A stretch of DNA of 64,000 bases from Bacteroidota bacterium (GCA_037133555.1 JBAXNW010000011.1:8971-72970); one strand, 5' to 3'. Positions 29,429 through 39,602 are shown, counted from the first letter of the stretch. Notes: generated from the sequence alone by a model not told the origin. Translations and numbers: made by a program.

Positions 29429-30340
29429 ATGTCAGAAATAGCGATATCAGTTAAAAATATCAGTAAAAAATACGGTGATATAATTGCCATCAACAATCTT
29501 AGTTTTGAAATTAAGAAAGGAGAATTGTATGGCTTTATTGGTCCTGACGGTGGTGGAAAAACCACAGTTTTCAGAATTTTAACTACTTTGCTCACGCCAG
29601 ATAGCGGGACTGTATACGTAGCTGACTTTGACGTGGTTAATGATTATAAGAAAATCAGAAATATAACAGGCTACATGCCCGGTAAGTTTTCCTTGTATCA
29701 GGATTTATCGGTAGAAGAAAATCTAAAGTTTTTTGCCACCATTTTTGGAACTACCCTGGAAAAGAATTACGATTTGATCAAAGATATTTACGTTCAAATT
29801 GAACCCTTCAAGAAACGGCCTGCAGGCAAACTTTCGGGTGGGATGAAACAAAAACTGGCACTTTGCTGTGCCCTTATCCACAAACCCGAAATCTTGGTAC
29901 TCGACGAACCTACTACCGGTGTGGATGCAGTTTCGCGTAAAGAGTTCTGGGAAATGCTGAAAAGATTAAAAGAGAGTGGAATCACCATCATCATTTCTAC
30001 ACCTTATATGGATGAAGCAGGAATGTGCGATAGGGTCAGCCTGATACAGGGTGGCAACATCTTATCAACAGATACTCCGGCTAACATAATTAAAGGATTT
30101 AACAAACAGCTTTTTGCAGTAAAAACAGCGTCAATGTACTTAATGATGAATGATTTACGAAGCTGGAGCAATACAGAGAGCATCCATCTTTTTGGTCAAT
30201 ACGTCCATATAACATTGAATGAAGGAAATCAAAAAGATATTGAAAGCTATTTGGAAAGCAAATTGCATCATTCCATTGAAATAAAACAGCAATCACCAAA
30301 TATTGAGGATAGTTTCATGCGATTAATGGCAAAAAATTAA
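29429..30340 (+). CDS. ABC transporter ATP-binding protein (corresponds to the N-terminal half of YbhF)
   Basis: 303 aa. Walker A GPDGGGKTT, signature LSGGMKQKL, Walker B ILVLDEPTTGVD. Confidence 0.9.
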   Translation: MSEIAISVKNISKKYGDIIAINNLSFEIKKGELYGFIGPDGGGKTTVFRILTTLLTPDSGTVYVADFDVVNDYKKIRNITGYMPGKFSLYQDLSVEENLKFFATIFGTTLEKNYDLIKDIYVQIEPFKKRPAGKLSGGMKQKLALCCALIHKPEILVLDEPTTGVDAVSRKEFWEMLKRLKESGITIIISTPYMDEAGMCDRVSLIQGGNILSTDTPANIIKGFNKQLFAVKTASMYLMMNDLRSWSNTESIHLFGQYVHITLNEGNQKDIESYLESKLHHSIEIKQQSPNIEDSFMRLMAKN

Positions 30341-30344
30341 AGAA

Positions 30345-31073
30345 ATGGCCGAAACAGTTATTAAAGTAAAAAATCTGGTAAAGAAATTTGGTGATTTTGT
30401 AGCCAACGATCATCTTAGCTTTGAGGTATACAAAGGCGAAATCTTTGGCTTCCTGGGTGCCAACGGGGCTGGCAAGACGACTGCCATTAAGATATTGTGC
30501 GGATTGTGGAAACCCAGCTCTGGCGAAATCAATGTTGCAGGTTTTGATGGCTATCACGAAACCGAGAAAATCAAAAAGAACATCGGCTATATGAGTCAGA
30601 AGTTTTCGCTCTACGAAGATTTAACAGTAGTAGAAAACATCCGGTTTTATGGAGGCATTTATGGTTTGTCGCGAAAAGAGATTAAAGAGAGATCAAGACA
30701 ATTGATTGAAAAATTAAATCTTACCGAAGTCAAGGACAAATTAATCAAGGATTTACCATTAGGCTGGCGACAAAAGCTTGCTTTTTCAGTAGCCATTTTT
30801 CATCAGCCAAAAATAGTTTTTCTCGACGAGCCCACAGGTGGCGTAGATCCTATAACCCGTCGTCAGTTCTGGGATATGATATATGAAGCAGCTCACAACG
30901 GAATAACTGTTTTTGTTACAACTCACTATATGGATGAAGCAGAATACTGCAACAGGGTATCGATAATGGTGGATGGCAAAATTGCTGCCCTCGATACACC
31001 TGAAGCTTTGATGAAAACATATGAAGCTGAAAATATGGAAGAGGTGTTTTTAAAACTGGCAAGGATTAAATAA
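30345..31073 (+). CDS. ABC transporter ATP-binding protein (corresponds to the C-terminal half of YbhF), with an atypical signature motif
   Basis: 242 aa. Walker A GANGAGKTT, Walker B IVFLDEPTGGVD. The position of LSGGQ reads LPLGWRQKL. Confidence 0.9.
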   Translation: MAETVIKVKNLVKKFGDFVANDHLSFEVYKGEIFGFLGANGAGKTTAIKILCGLWKPSSGEINVAGFDGYHETEKIKKNIGYMSQKFSLYEDLTVVENIRFYGGIYGLSRKEIKERSRQLIEKLNLTEVKDKLIKDLPLGWRQKLAFSVAIFHQPKIVFLDEPTGGVDPITRRQFWDMIYEAAHNGITVFVTTHYMDEAEYCNRVSIMVDGKIAALDTPEALMKTYEAENMEEVFLKLARIK

Positions 31074-31109
31074 TTATGAATTAGGAATTAATTTAACTTC
31101 GGTATTCGG
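31072..31109. repeat. 7-nt periodic tract in the ATPase-permease spacer, ending in ACTTCGG TATTCGG
   Basis: AATTATG AATTAGG AATTAAT ... ACTTCGG TATTCGG. The last 14 nt are the reverse complement of CCGAATACCGAAGT, cf. 28779-28792. Confidence 0.7.
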
Positions 31110-31132
31110 ACATATTTTACAACTACATATCA

Positions 31133-32239
31133 ATGAAAAGATTTAAAGGTTTTGTTATCAAAGAATTTTACCACATTTTCAGGGATTACCGTACCATGGT
31201 GATACTGTTCGGGATGCCTTTTGTACAGATATTGTTGTTTGGCTTTGCAATAACCAACGAGATCAACAGTGCCGGTATTGCCATTTTGGATCATTCCAAA
31301 GATGTGCATACACAAAAAATTACCCAAAAACTATTATCGTCAGGCTATTTTCAACTGGAAAAAAATCTGAACAATTACAATCAGATAGAAGAAAGTTTCC
31401 GAAAAGGTAAAATCAAAGAAGTCATCATTTTTGAGAACGATTTTGCAGAAAAACTTGAAAAAGAAAAAAGAGTAGGTATCCAGATTATAGCTGATGCTTC
31501 CGACCCTAATACCGCTAGTTTGTTGAGCAATTATACCACATCTATCATCAATAATTACCAACAGGAAATCATGCAAAATAAAAAACTGCCGATGCAGATT
31601 GATACAGATGTAAAAATGTTGTACAACGAAGAATTGAAAGGGGTTTTTATGTTTGTTCCGGGTACCATTACCATACTTTTGATGTTGATTTCTGCCATGA
31701 TGACTTCCATATCAATTACCCGCGAAAAAGAGTTGGGCACCATGGAAGTGCTATTGGTTTCCCCACTCAAACCTATACAAATCGTTATAGGTAAAGTGAT
31801 TCCCTATATTTTTATTTCATTTATGATTGCTGTAATTATTTTAGTGATGGGATTCACTGTATTTGGAATGCCTGTGCAAGGTAGTTTGTTATTACTGATG
31901 GGCGAATGTTTGCTTTTCATCATCATGGCATTGTCTTTAGGAATTTTTATCTCGACGGTTACCAAAACCCAACAAACGGCGATGATGATTTCGATGTTTG
32001 CATTGATGTTGCCTACCATTCTCTTGTCCGGCTTCATCTTTCCGATCGAGAACATGCCACTTCCGCTTCAGATAATCAGCAACGTAGTCCCCCCACGATG
32101 GTTTATCATCATCATCAAAGCTATCATGCTCAAAGGTGTTGGGATTGCTTATATCTGGAAAGAAACAGCCATTATCGTTGCCATGACGCTTGTTTTTATC
32201 GGATTGAGTATTAAAAAATTTAAAGTAAGACTGGATTAA
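31133..32239 (+). CDS. ABC-2 type transporter permease (YbhS/YbhR-like)
   Basis: 368 aa. One N-terminal TM, a large periplasmic loop, then five C-terminal TM segments. Typical ABC-2 layout. Confidence 0.85.
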   Translation: MKRFKGFVIKEFYHIFRDYRTMVILFGMPFVQILLFGFAITNEINSAGIAILDHSKDVHTQKITQKLLSSGYFQLEKNLNNYNQIEESFRKGKIKEVIIFENDFAEKLEKEKRVGIQIIADASDPNTASLLSNYTTSIINNYQQEIMQNKKLPMQIDTDVKMLYNEELKGVFMFVPGTITILLMLISAMMTSISITREKELGTMEVLLVSPLKPIQIVIGKVIPYIFISFMIAVIILVMGFTVFGMPVQGSLLLLMGECLLFIIMALSLGIFISTVTKTQQTAMMISMFALMLPTILLSGFIFPIENMPLPLQIISNVVPPRWFIIIIKAIMLKGVGIAYIWKETAIIVAMTLVFIGLSIKKFKVRLD

Positions 32240-32248
32240 AATCGAAAC

Positions 32249-33358
32249 ATGAGAACAATACTATACCTCCTCCAAAAAGAATTTATTCAGATATTCCGGA
32301 ACAAAGCCATGCTTCCGCTAATGTTTGTCATGCCTATCATACAGTTATTGGTACTTTCGTATGCAGCAACCTTTGAAATGAAGAATATTAAAATTCATAT
32401 TATTGATATGGATAAATCTTCCATGTCGCGAGCGTTGATCAGTAAGTTTAATGGTTCTAAGTTTTATACCCTGGCGAATTATTCCGATGCTTACAAAACT
32501 GCCGAAAACGACCTCAAAGTAAACAAAGCTGACATGGTCCTTCAAATTCCACCTCATTTTGAACGAGATTTGATGCGCGATGACCAGGCCAAACTGCAGA
32601 TGACCATCAATGCCATCAATGGCAGTGCTGCAGGACTCATCAATGCCTATTCATTTTCAATCATTAAAGAATTTAACCGCAATGCAATCATTGAAACCTA
32701 TGGGACTCCATTAGAAATGCCCATAAAGACGACTACTTCTTTTTGGTACAATCCTCAACTAAATTACAAAACCTATATGGTGCCTGGAATTCTGGTGCTT
32801 TTGGTTACAATCATCGGTTTATTTCTTGCTGCTATGAATGTGGTCAGGGAAAAAGAAATAGGAACCATCGAACAAATTAATGTTACCCCCATACATAAAT
32901 ATCAGTTCATTGCCGGAAAACTCATCCCGTTTTGGCTTATTGCCATGTTTGAGTTGGCGTTGGGTTTATTGATAGCAAAGATTGTATTTTCGCTTCCCGT
33001 TCTGGGTAATGTAGGTATTGTTTTTACTGTTGCTTCGGTTTATATTGTAGCAGTTTTGGGAATCGGTTTACTGATATCTACCATCACCAATACCCAACAA
33101 CAAGCCATGTTCATTGCCTGGTTTTTCATGGTGATATTCTTACTGATGAGTGGATTATTTACGCCTATTGAAAGCATGCCAAGCTGGGCTCAGCAGCTTA
33201 ATATTATCAATCCCATTGCATATTTTATTAAGGTAATGCGGATGGTTCTGCTCAAAGGATCAGGTCTTATAGATATTATGCCACAATTCCTTTCGTTGAT
33301 AGTGTATGCATTGGCAGTTTTAACGCTTGCTGTAAGTTTATACCGAAAAAGAAATTAG
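32249..33358 (+). CDS. ABC-2 type transporter permease (YbhS/YbhR-like), paralog of the preceding gene
   Basis: 369 aa. Same topology as, and visibly similar to, 31133..32239 (e.g. REKE[LI]GT[MI]E). Confidence 0.85.
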   Translation: MRTILYLLQKEFIQIFRNKAMLPLMFVMPIIQLLVLSYAATFEMKNIKIHIIDMDKSSMSRALISKFNGSKFYTLANYSDAYKTAENDLKVNKADMVLQIPPHFERDLMRDDQAKLQMTINAINGSAAGLINAYSFSIIKEFNRNAIIETYGTPLEMPIKTTTSFWYNPQLNYKTYMVPGILVLLVTIIGLFLAAMNVVREKEIGTIEQINVTPIHKYQFIAGKLIPFWLIAMFELALGLLIAKIVFSLPVLGNVGIVFTVASVYIVAVLGIGLLISTITNTQQQAMFIAWFFMVIFLLMSGLFTPIESMPSWAQQLNIINPIAYFIKVMRMVLLKGSGLIDIMPQFLSLIVYALAVLTLAVSLYRKRN

Positions 33359-33380
33359 TAATAAAAGGGACAAAAAAAAG

Positions 33381-33410
33381 AAAGGCTGGCATTTTTCAAT
33401 ACCAGCCTTT
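33381..33410. terminator. Bidirectional terminator hairpin between the efflux operon and T9SS paralog 1
   Basis: AAAGGCTGG (33381-33389) pairs with CCAGCCTTT (33402-33410). A-run upstream and T-rich downstream. It sits between convergent stops at 33358 and 33435. Confidence 0.75.
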
Positions 33411-33434
33411 CTTATAAAATGCAGTATATAAAAA

Positions 33435-35345
33435 TTATCTTCTTACAATAATTAATTTATCTGTAGCTTGAGCTGATGGTGTTTTCAATGTATAGAAATA
33501 GGTTCCGCTGCAAAGAGCAGATAAATCTACATCAACAGTATAATTTCCTTTTGCTTGAAAGCCCTGATGGATTGTTTGTACAGTTCTGCCCATTATATCT
33601 GTAATAATGATTTCAGCTTTTTCGCTGTTTTTCAATTCATAAGAAATCTGGGTAGTAGTATTTGCAGGATTTGGCATACAAGAGAATAAGTTAACTGTCT
33701 TGTTAATTTCATTGACACCAACAATGTTATCGAAATGCGCGTTTGCATTAAAGAGTGAACGAATCATCACTGCAGGAACATTACCACTTGACCAAATATA
33801 CCAGGTATTTGCGGTTGGGTCAAAAAACAATGATGTTTGAGAATATTGTGGAATTCCTGTATTGTCAGTAGCAAATTTAACAGTATCTGTACCACCATAT
33901 ACTTGAATACCTACATAGTACAAAGAATCCTTTTGCATGGTATATCCAGCAGTAAAGGCAAGTGAAATTGATGGTGGATTTGCACCAGTAGCTGTAGGAA
34001 TATTTGCAGCAGTGATATAATAATTTGATGATTGAGCTACAATGGTTCTTGTTCCGGTTGAAGCAAAATATTGATATAGAACGGCTTTAATTTTTGAACC
34101 CACTTTTGTTTCAAGGTTAACAACACAATTTATTCCATATGACATTCGATCCTGCCCTACCTGATATCTGTTAGCTGCAGTATACGGATTGCTTAATCCG
34201 CTTGTTGAGCTTCTCCATCTTGAACTGTAATAATAATTGTTGTCCCTTGAATACATACAGGTATCACATACTACTTTAATATCAAAAGTGTCCTGAGCAA
34301 GCAAAAATGGAATCGAATCACTTGAAACATAAGAGAAAACTTTATACGTTCCTAATGTTGTAGGAGGCGTAAAAAAATAATTGTTAAGTTCCAGGGCTGT
34401 AATGTTTTGACCTGGGGTTAAAGTTGTATCAATACTAGTAGAATCGGCATGTGTAATCAATTCAACACCATGCAATTTTACATGGGTTTGAGTTTTCCCA
34501 CCCAAATTTGTAAAATCTCCATCATAATATAAAGACCTGCCAATTCCGGATGGAATTCTCGTATAACCATCGTACAAGGTAACTCTGTCTATTTGTATGT
34601 TATTATTAGCTGGTTCAAATAATTCTACGTCATCAATCGCCCAACCATATCCGCCACCATATTGAGAGCCACTTGAAGTAGAAGCAGGACCGTAAAATCT
34701 GAATCGAATCCAAACTTGAGCTTTGTTGGCTGCCCATTGAGAAATATTAAGTTCTTTAAATCCATAAGCATACGTATTAACAGCTACCGTTGGATTAACA
34801 TCAATGGTATGCCAATTGATATTGTCACTGCTAATTTCTAATAATGAAGAATCCTGATTGAAAGCTTTGTACAATTGATAGAATTTAATACTCACTGCAT
34901 TAAAACCCAAAGTATTGATAGCAACCGAATTGGTTAATGAAGAGTTAGCAACAGCATATATACCATTAATTAAGTTGGAAATACCATCAAAATAGAAAAG
35001 CCCGGATGTACAAGTAGGTGATTGCATATAAATATCAGGATGTACATATTGTTTAAATAGAGTTGAGAGATTAGAAGTATCTGATTTCCATTCCCATGTA
35101 TTTAAAATAGCAGCTTCCTGATCAGGCATTTTAGTTGCCACCCAATCAAGGGGATCTGTCATTGTAGATGACCATATCATAGCTTTTGTATTTGAAGCTA
35201 TAGGCTTGTTAAAGTATTGATCTAGATTTTGTGGACCATCAGCTTTGGCTGATTGAATAGTGGATGGCATAACACCTAAGTTTTGCCCAAAACTCAACGT
35301 ACTGCTAATTATAAGTAATACGATAAAAGATAAAAAATTTCTCAT
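33435..35345 (-). CDS. T9SS-sorted secreted protein, paralog 1 of 4 (MAM-like + CARDB-like + unassigned domain + Por C-terminal sorting domain)
   Basis: 636 aa. Signal peptide MRNFLSFIVLLIISSTLSFGQ. YGGGYGWAIDDVELF ends a MAM/choice-of-anchor-J-like jelly roll. C-terminal LFSCMPNPANTTTQISYEL...GTYFYTLKT...KLIIVRR fits the Por/T9SS CTD pattern (TIGR04183 type). Confidence 0.85.
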   Translation of the reverse strand: MRNFLSFIVLLIISSTLSFGQNLGVMPSTIQSAKADGPQNLDQYFNKPIASNTKAMIWSSTMTDPLDWVATKMPDQEAAILNTWEWKSDTSNLSTLFKQYVHPDIYMQSPTCTSGLFYFDGISNLINGIYAVANSSLTNSVAINTLGFNAVSIKFYQLYKAFNQDSSLLEISSDNINWHTIDVNPTVAVNTYAYGFKELNISQWAANKAQVWIRFRFYGPASTSSGSQYGGGYGWAIDDVELFEPANNNIQIDRVTLYDGYTRIPSGIGRSLYYDGDFTNLGGKTQTHVKLHGVELITHADSTSIDTTLTPGQNITALELNNYFFTPPTTLGTYKVFSYVSSDSIPFLLAQDTFDIKVVCDTCMYSRDNNYYYSSRWRSSTSGLSNPYTAANRYQVGQDRMSYGINCVVNLETKVGSKIKAVLYQYFASTGTRTIVAQSSNYYITAANIPTATGANPPSISLAFTAGYTMQKDSLYYVGIQVYGGTDTVKFATDNTGIPQYSQTSLFFDPTANTWYIWSSGNVPAVMIRSLFNANAHFDNIVGVNEINKTVNLFSCMPNPANTTTQISYELKNSEKAEIIITDIMGRTVQTIHQGFQAKGNYTVDVDLSALCSGTYFYTLKTPSAQATDKLIIVRR

Positions 35346-35385
35346 TTTTGCGTTAAATTTAATTAAACATTGTTTTTCTCATTTA

Positions 35386-35393
35386 CAAAAGTA
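35386..35393 (-). promoter_or_regulatory. -7 promoter box TACTTTTG for paralog 1
   Basis: The plus strand reads CAAAAGTA, 41 nt upstream of the ATG. The same ACAAAAGTAAT string is conserved upstream of paralogs 2 and 3. Confidence 0.55.
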
Positions 35394-35483
35394 ATATTAT
35401 TTTTAAGAAAAAGTAAAATATTAAGAAATATTAAAAAGATTTAACGTAGTTTGAAATTTAATGAAATTGTTTAATGCACATAA

Positions 35484-35515
35484 AAAAGGCTGACAGGTAA
35501 CACTATCAGCCTTTT
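35484..35515 (-). terminator. Terminator hairpin of paralog 2
   Basis: AAAAGGCTGA / TCAGCCTTTT 10-bp stem, ~21 nt past the stop at 35536, flanked by A/T runs. Confidence 0.75.
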
Positions 35516-35535
35516 AAAAATATATTTATTGAAAA

Positions 35536-37461
35536 TTATCGCTTTACAATAATTAATTTATCCGTAGCTTGAGCTGAAGGAGTTTTTAATGTATAGAAAT
35601 AAGTGCCACTGCAAAGCATAGACAAATCTACATCAACAGTATAATTTCCTTTGGTTTGGAATCCTTGTGCTAAAGTTTGAACAGTTCTTCCCATAATATC
35701 GGTAATAATGATTTCAGCTTTTTCACTGTTTTTTAATTCATAAGAAATTTGGGTAGAATTAGTTGCAGGGTTAGGCATACAAGAGAATAAGTTGATTGAC
35801 TTGGTTTTTTCGTTAATACCAACTGTAAAAGGGCCATTGTCAAAAGCATAATTGATATTAAACCCTGAACGGATCATCATCGCTGGTACTACTCCACTAC
35901 CCCATATATACCAAGTGTTTGCTGTTGGGTTAAAATAAAGTGATGTTTGAGAATATTGAGGAATACCTGTATTGTCAGTAGCAATTTTAACAGTATCTGT
36001 TCCTCCAAACACCTGAATACCTACATAATACATAGAATCTTTTTGTAATAGATATTCAGAAGTGTAATGTAAAGAAATGGAAGGTGGATTCACCATGGAA
36101 GAAGCAGGAATTTTATCAGCAGTAATATAATAATTAGCTGATTGAGCAACGATTGTTCTTGTACCCGTAGCTGAAAAATATTTATATAAAACAGCTTTGA
36201 TTTTTGATCCAACTTTGGTAGCATTGTTTACAACACAATTAACACCATAGGCCATTCTGTCCTGGTTAACCATAAATCTGTTAGCAGCAGTATAAGGATT
36301 GCTTAATGTACCTGTAACACCAGCCCATCTTGAACTAACATATGTATTATTATCTCTCGAATACATACAAGTATCGCAAACTACTTTTATATCAAAAGTA
36401 TCCTGTGCAAGAACAAATGGAATAGAATCACTTGAAACATAGGAAAAAACTTTATAAGTACCCTGAGTTGTTGGAGGAGTAAAAAAGTAATTATTAATTT
36501 CTAATCCAGTTACACTTTGTCCGGGAGCCAAAGTTGTATCACTACTTGTTGAATCAGCCTGAGTAGTAACTTCTTTTCCATGTAATTTCACATGGGTTTG
36601 AGTTAAGCCACCTAAGTTCATAAAATTGGCATCGTAATACATAGGTCTTCCCAATCCTGATGGTATTTTTGTATAACCATCATACAAAGTAGATGCATCT
36701 ACCTGCATAACATTATTATTTGGAACAAATAGTTCAACATCATCAATAGCCCAGCCATAGCCTCCACCATATTGAGCTCCACTTGTTGTAGAAGCAGGTG
36801 CAGAAAATCTGAATCTGATCCAGACTTGCGTTTTGTTGGCAGCCCATTGCGTAATACTAAATTCTTTCCATCCATAAGCGTAGGTATTTGCACTTCCAAC
36901 AGTAATAGTAGGATTTACCATGATAGTATTCCAGTTTATATTATCGGTACTTACTTCAAGTAAAGTAGAATCTGCATTGTAAGATTTGTACAATTGATAA
37001 AATTTAATATTTACTGCTGATTTCCCTGCAGTATTAATTGCAATTGCATTGGTTAATGTAGCATTGGATATTCCATAATTCCCAGCAACTAAATTAGATA
37101 TTCCATCAAAATAAAAAACACCTTGCATTGGAGAAGTAGAGCCCATATAAGGTCCAACATATTGTTTCCAATAGGTTGAAAATTGCGAGGTGTCAGATTT
37201 CCATGCCCAACTAGTTAAAATATTGCTGCTTTGATCAGCTAATTTTGCAGTAACCCATTGGCTGGCTGTAGCCATGTTTGAATACCAAATAGAAGTGGTT
37301 TTTGCATTTGAACCTAAAGACTTGTTAAAGTACTGTTCAAGATTTTGATTCTCGCCCTTTTGATCAAGTCGAACCGTTGAGGATATAACACTTAGGTTTT
37401 GTCCAAAACTCAACGTACTGCTAATTACAAGTAATACGATAAAAGATAAAATTTTTCTCAT
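35536..37461 (-). CDS. T9SS-sorted secreted protein, paralog 2 of 4
   Basis: 641 aa. Collinear with paralogs 1 and 3. Same signal peptide (SSTLSFGQN), YGGGYGWAIDDVELF, VVCDTCMYSRDNN, and T9SS CTD ending KLIIVKR. Confidence 0.85.
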   Translation of the reverse strand: MRKILSFIVLLVISSTLSFGQNLSVISSTVRLDQKGENQNLEQYFNKSLGSNAKTTSIWYSNMATASQWVTAKLADQSSNILTSWAWKSDTSQFSTYWKQYVGPYMGSTSPMQGVFYFDGISNLVAGNYGISNATLTNAIAINTAGKSAVNIKFYQLYKSYNADSTLLEVSTDNINWNTIMVNPTITVGSANTYAYGWKEFSITQWAANKTQVWIRFRFSAPASTTSGAQYGGGYGWAIDDVELFVPNNNVMQVDASTLYDGYTKIPSGLGRPMYYDANFMNLGGLTQTHVKLHGKEVTTQADSTSSDTTLAPGQSVTGLEINNYFFTPPTTQGTYKVFSYVSSDSIPFVLAQDTFDIKVVCDTCMYSRDNNTYVSSRWAGVTGTLSNPYTAANRFMVNQDRMAYGVNCVVNNATKVGSKIKAVLYKYFSATGTRTIVAQSANYYITADKIPASSMVNPPSISLHYTSEYLLQKDSMYYVGIQVFGGTDTVKIATDNTGIPQYSQTSLYFNPTANTWYIWGSGVVPAMMIRSGFNINYAFDNGPFTVGINEKTKSINLFSCMPNPATNSTQISYELKNSEKAEIIITDIMGRTVQTLAQGFQTKGNYTVDVDLSMLCSGTYFYTLKTPSAQATDKLIIVKR

Positions 37462-37496
37462 TCTAGAATTAAATTAAATTTATTTATTTTTTTTGA

Positions 37497-37504
37497 CAAA
37501 AGTA
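37497..37504 (-). promoter_or_regulatory. -7 promoter box TACTTTTG for paralog 2
   Basis: The plus strand reads CAAAAGTA, 36 nt upstream of the ATG at 37461. Confidence 0.55.
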
Positions 37505-37593
37505 ATGATTTTTTATAAAAAGGCAATTTTAAAAATAGGAAATCTTTATAAGACTTGATAAACGCACAAAAGAAATTGTATTGATCAAAAAAA

Positions 37594-37622
37594 AAAGGCT
37601 GATATTCATACTATCAGCCTTT
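37594..37622 (-). terminator. Terminator hairpin of paralog 3
   Basis: AAAGGCTGATA / TATCAGCCTTT 11-bp stem with a 7-nt loop, ~22 nt past the stop at 37644. Confidence 0.75.
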
Positions 37623-37643
37623 TAAAAAAATGTTTATTGAAAA

Positions 37644-39554
37644 TTATCGTTTTACAATTATTAATTTATCCGTTGCTTGAGCAGAAGGCGTTTTTAGTGT
37701 ATAGAAATAAGTACCACTGCATAAGCCAGTCAAGTCAACATCAAGTGCATAATTTCCTTTAGCCTGCATACCTTGATGAATGGTTTGAACAGTTCTACCC
37801 ATAATATCAGAGATTATAATATCTGCTTTTTCGCTGTTTTTCAACTCATAGGAAATCTGGGTAGTCGTATTAGCCGGATTAGGCATGCATGAAAACAAAC
37901 TGATGCTTTTATTTATATTATTGACATCACTAGGTGGAATTAGATTTGGGTTAAAAATTGTTCGTATCATCATTGCAGGAACGTTACCCTTAGCCCAAAT
38001 ATACCATGTATTTGCAGTTGGATCAAAATAAAGCGATGTCTGCGAATATTGAGGAATTCCGGTATTGTCAATAGCAATCTTTACTGTATCAGTTCCTCCA
38101 AAAACTTGAATACCAACATAATACATTGAGTCCTTTTGCATGGTATACCCTGCTGTAAATGGGAGTGAAATGGAAGGTGGATTAACACCAGTAGTTATAG
38201 GAACATCTGCCGAAGTAATATAGTAATTTCCTGATTGAGCAACGATGGTTCTGGTAGCGGTAGCAGCAAAGTATTTATACAAAACCGCTTTTATTTTAGA
38301 GCCTACTTTTGTAGCATTGTTAACCACACAATTAATACCATAAGCCATTCTGTCCTGGTTTACCTGATATCGGTTAGCAGCAGTAAATGGATTGCTTAAT
38401 CCATTTGTAGCACTTCTCCATCTTGAACTATAATAAGTATTGTTATCTCTTGAATACATACAAGTATCACAAACTACCTTTATACTAAATGTATCTTGAG
38501 CTTTAACGAATGGGATAGAATCGCTTGAAACATAGGCAAAAACTTTATATGTGCCAACTGTTGAAGGAGGTGTAAAGAAATAACTATTAATTTCCAAGCC
38601 TGTAACACTTTGACCTGGGGTCAACGTTGAATCACTGCTTGTTGAATCAGCCTGGGTAATTACTTCTTTTCCATGTAATTTAACATGGGTTTGAGTTATA
38701 GCACCTAAGTTCATAAAATCAGCAGTGTAATACATTGGTCTGCCCAAACCTTTCGGTGATTGCATATAACCATCAAACAAAGTAGCTCCATCTACTTGAA
38801 TAACGTTATTGTTTGGGACAAATAATTCAACATCATCTACAGCCCATCCGTAGCCACCACCATATTGGGCACCACTTGTTGTAGACGCAGGTGCAAAAAA
38901 TCTGAATCTAATCCATACCTGAGCTTTGTTTGCTGCCCATTGAGAAAGACTAAATTCTTTCCAGCCGTAAGCATAGGTATTTGCGCTACCAACGGTAATC
39001 GTTGGATTCACCATTATACTATGCCAGTTAACATTATCGGTGCTTACTTCTATAAATGTAGAATCGGCATTGAAGGATTTGTACAATTGGTAAAATTTAA
39101 TATTTACAGCCGACTTTCCTGTAGTGTTAATGGCAATAGCATTGGTTAGCGTAATATCAGTTACTCCATAATTGGCAGTTATCAGATTAGTTATACCATC
39201 GAAATAAAAAACACCTTGCATAGGTGTAGTAGAACTCATATAAGGTCCAACATAATTTTTCCAATTGGTCGAAAATTGAGAAGTATCAGATTTCCATTCC
39301 CATTGATTTAAAATATTGGAGCTATGGTCAGCTAATTTTGCAACGACCCATTGGCTCGAAGTGTTCATATTAGAATACCAGATGGATGTAGTTTTTAAAT
39401 TTGAAGCTAGATTCTTGTTAAAATATTGCTCAAGACTTAGATCTTCACCTTCTCGAATTTGGCTAATCGCAGAGGGTTTAACATTTACGTTTTGTCCAAA
39501 ACTCAAAGTACTGCTTATTGCAAGCAACACAATAAAAAATAAAAATTTTCTCAT
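37644..39554 (-). CDS. T9SS-sorted secreted protein, paralog 3 of 4
   Basis: 636 aa. By my residue count: signal peptide 1-21, linker 22-55, MAM-like 56-246 (YGWAVDDVELF), CARDB-like 247-361, unassigned domain 362-535, T9SS CTD 552-636. Confidence 0.85.
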   Translation of the reverse strand: MRKFLFFIVLLAISSTLSFGQNVNVKPSAISQIREGEDLSLEQYFNKNLASNLKTTSIWYSNMNTSSQWVVAKLADHSSNILNQWEWKSDTSQFSTNWKNYVGPYMSSTTPMQGVFYFDGITNLITANYGVTDITLTNAIAINTTGKSAVNIKFYQLYKSFNADSTFIEVSTDNVNWHSIMVNPTITVGSANTYAYGWKEFSLSQWAANKAQVWIRFRFFAPASTTSGAQYGGGYGWAVDDVELFVPNNNVIQVDGATLFDGYMQSPKGLGRPMYYTADFMNLGAITQTHVKLHGKEVITQADSTSSDSTLTPGQSVTGLEINSYFFTPPSTVGTYKVFAYVSSDSIPFVKAQDTFSIKVVCDTCMYSRDNNTYYSSRWRSATNGLSNPFTAANRYQVNQDRMAYGINCVVNNATKVGSKIKAVLYKYFAATATRTIVAQSGNYYITSADVPITTGVNPPSISLPFTAGYTMQKDSMYYVGIQVFGGTDTVKIAIDNTGIPQYSQTSLYFDPTANTWYIWAKGNVPAMMIRTIFNPNLIPPSDVNNINKSISLFSCMPNPANTTTQISYELKNSEKADIIISDIMGRTVQTIHQGMQAKGNYALDVDLTGLCSGTYFYTLKTPSAQATDKLIIVKR

Positions 39555-39594
39555 TTTTTTAAAGAATTAAATTAAACATTATTATTTTGTACTA

Positions 39595-39602
39595 CAAAAG
39601 TA
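39595..39602 (-). promoter_or_regulatory. -7 promoter box TACTTTTG for paralog 3
   Basis: The plus strand reads CAAAAGTA, 41 nt upstream of the ATG at 39554. Confidence 0.55.
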
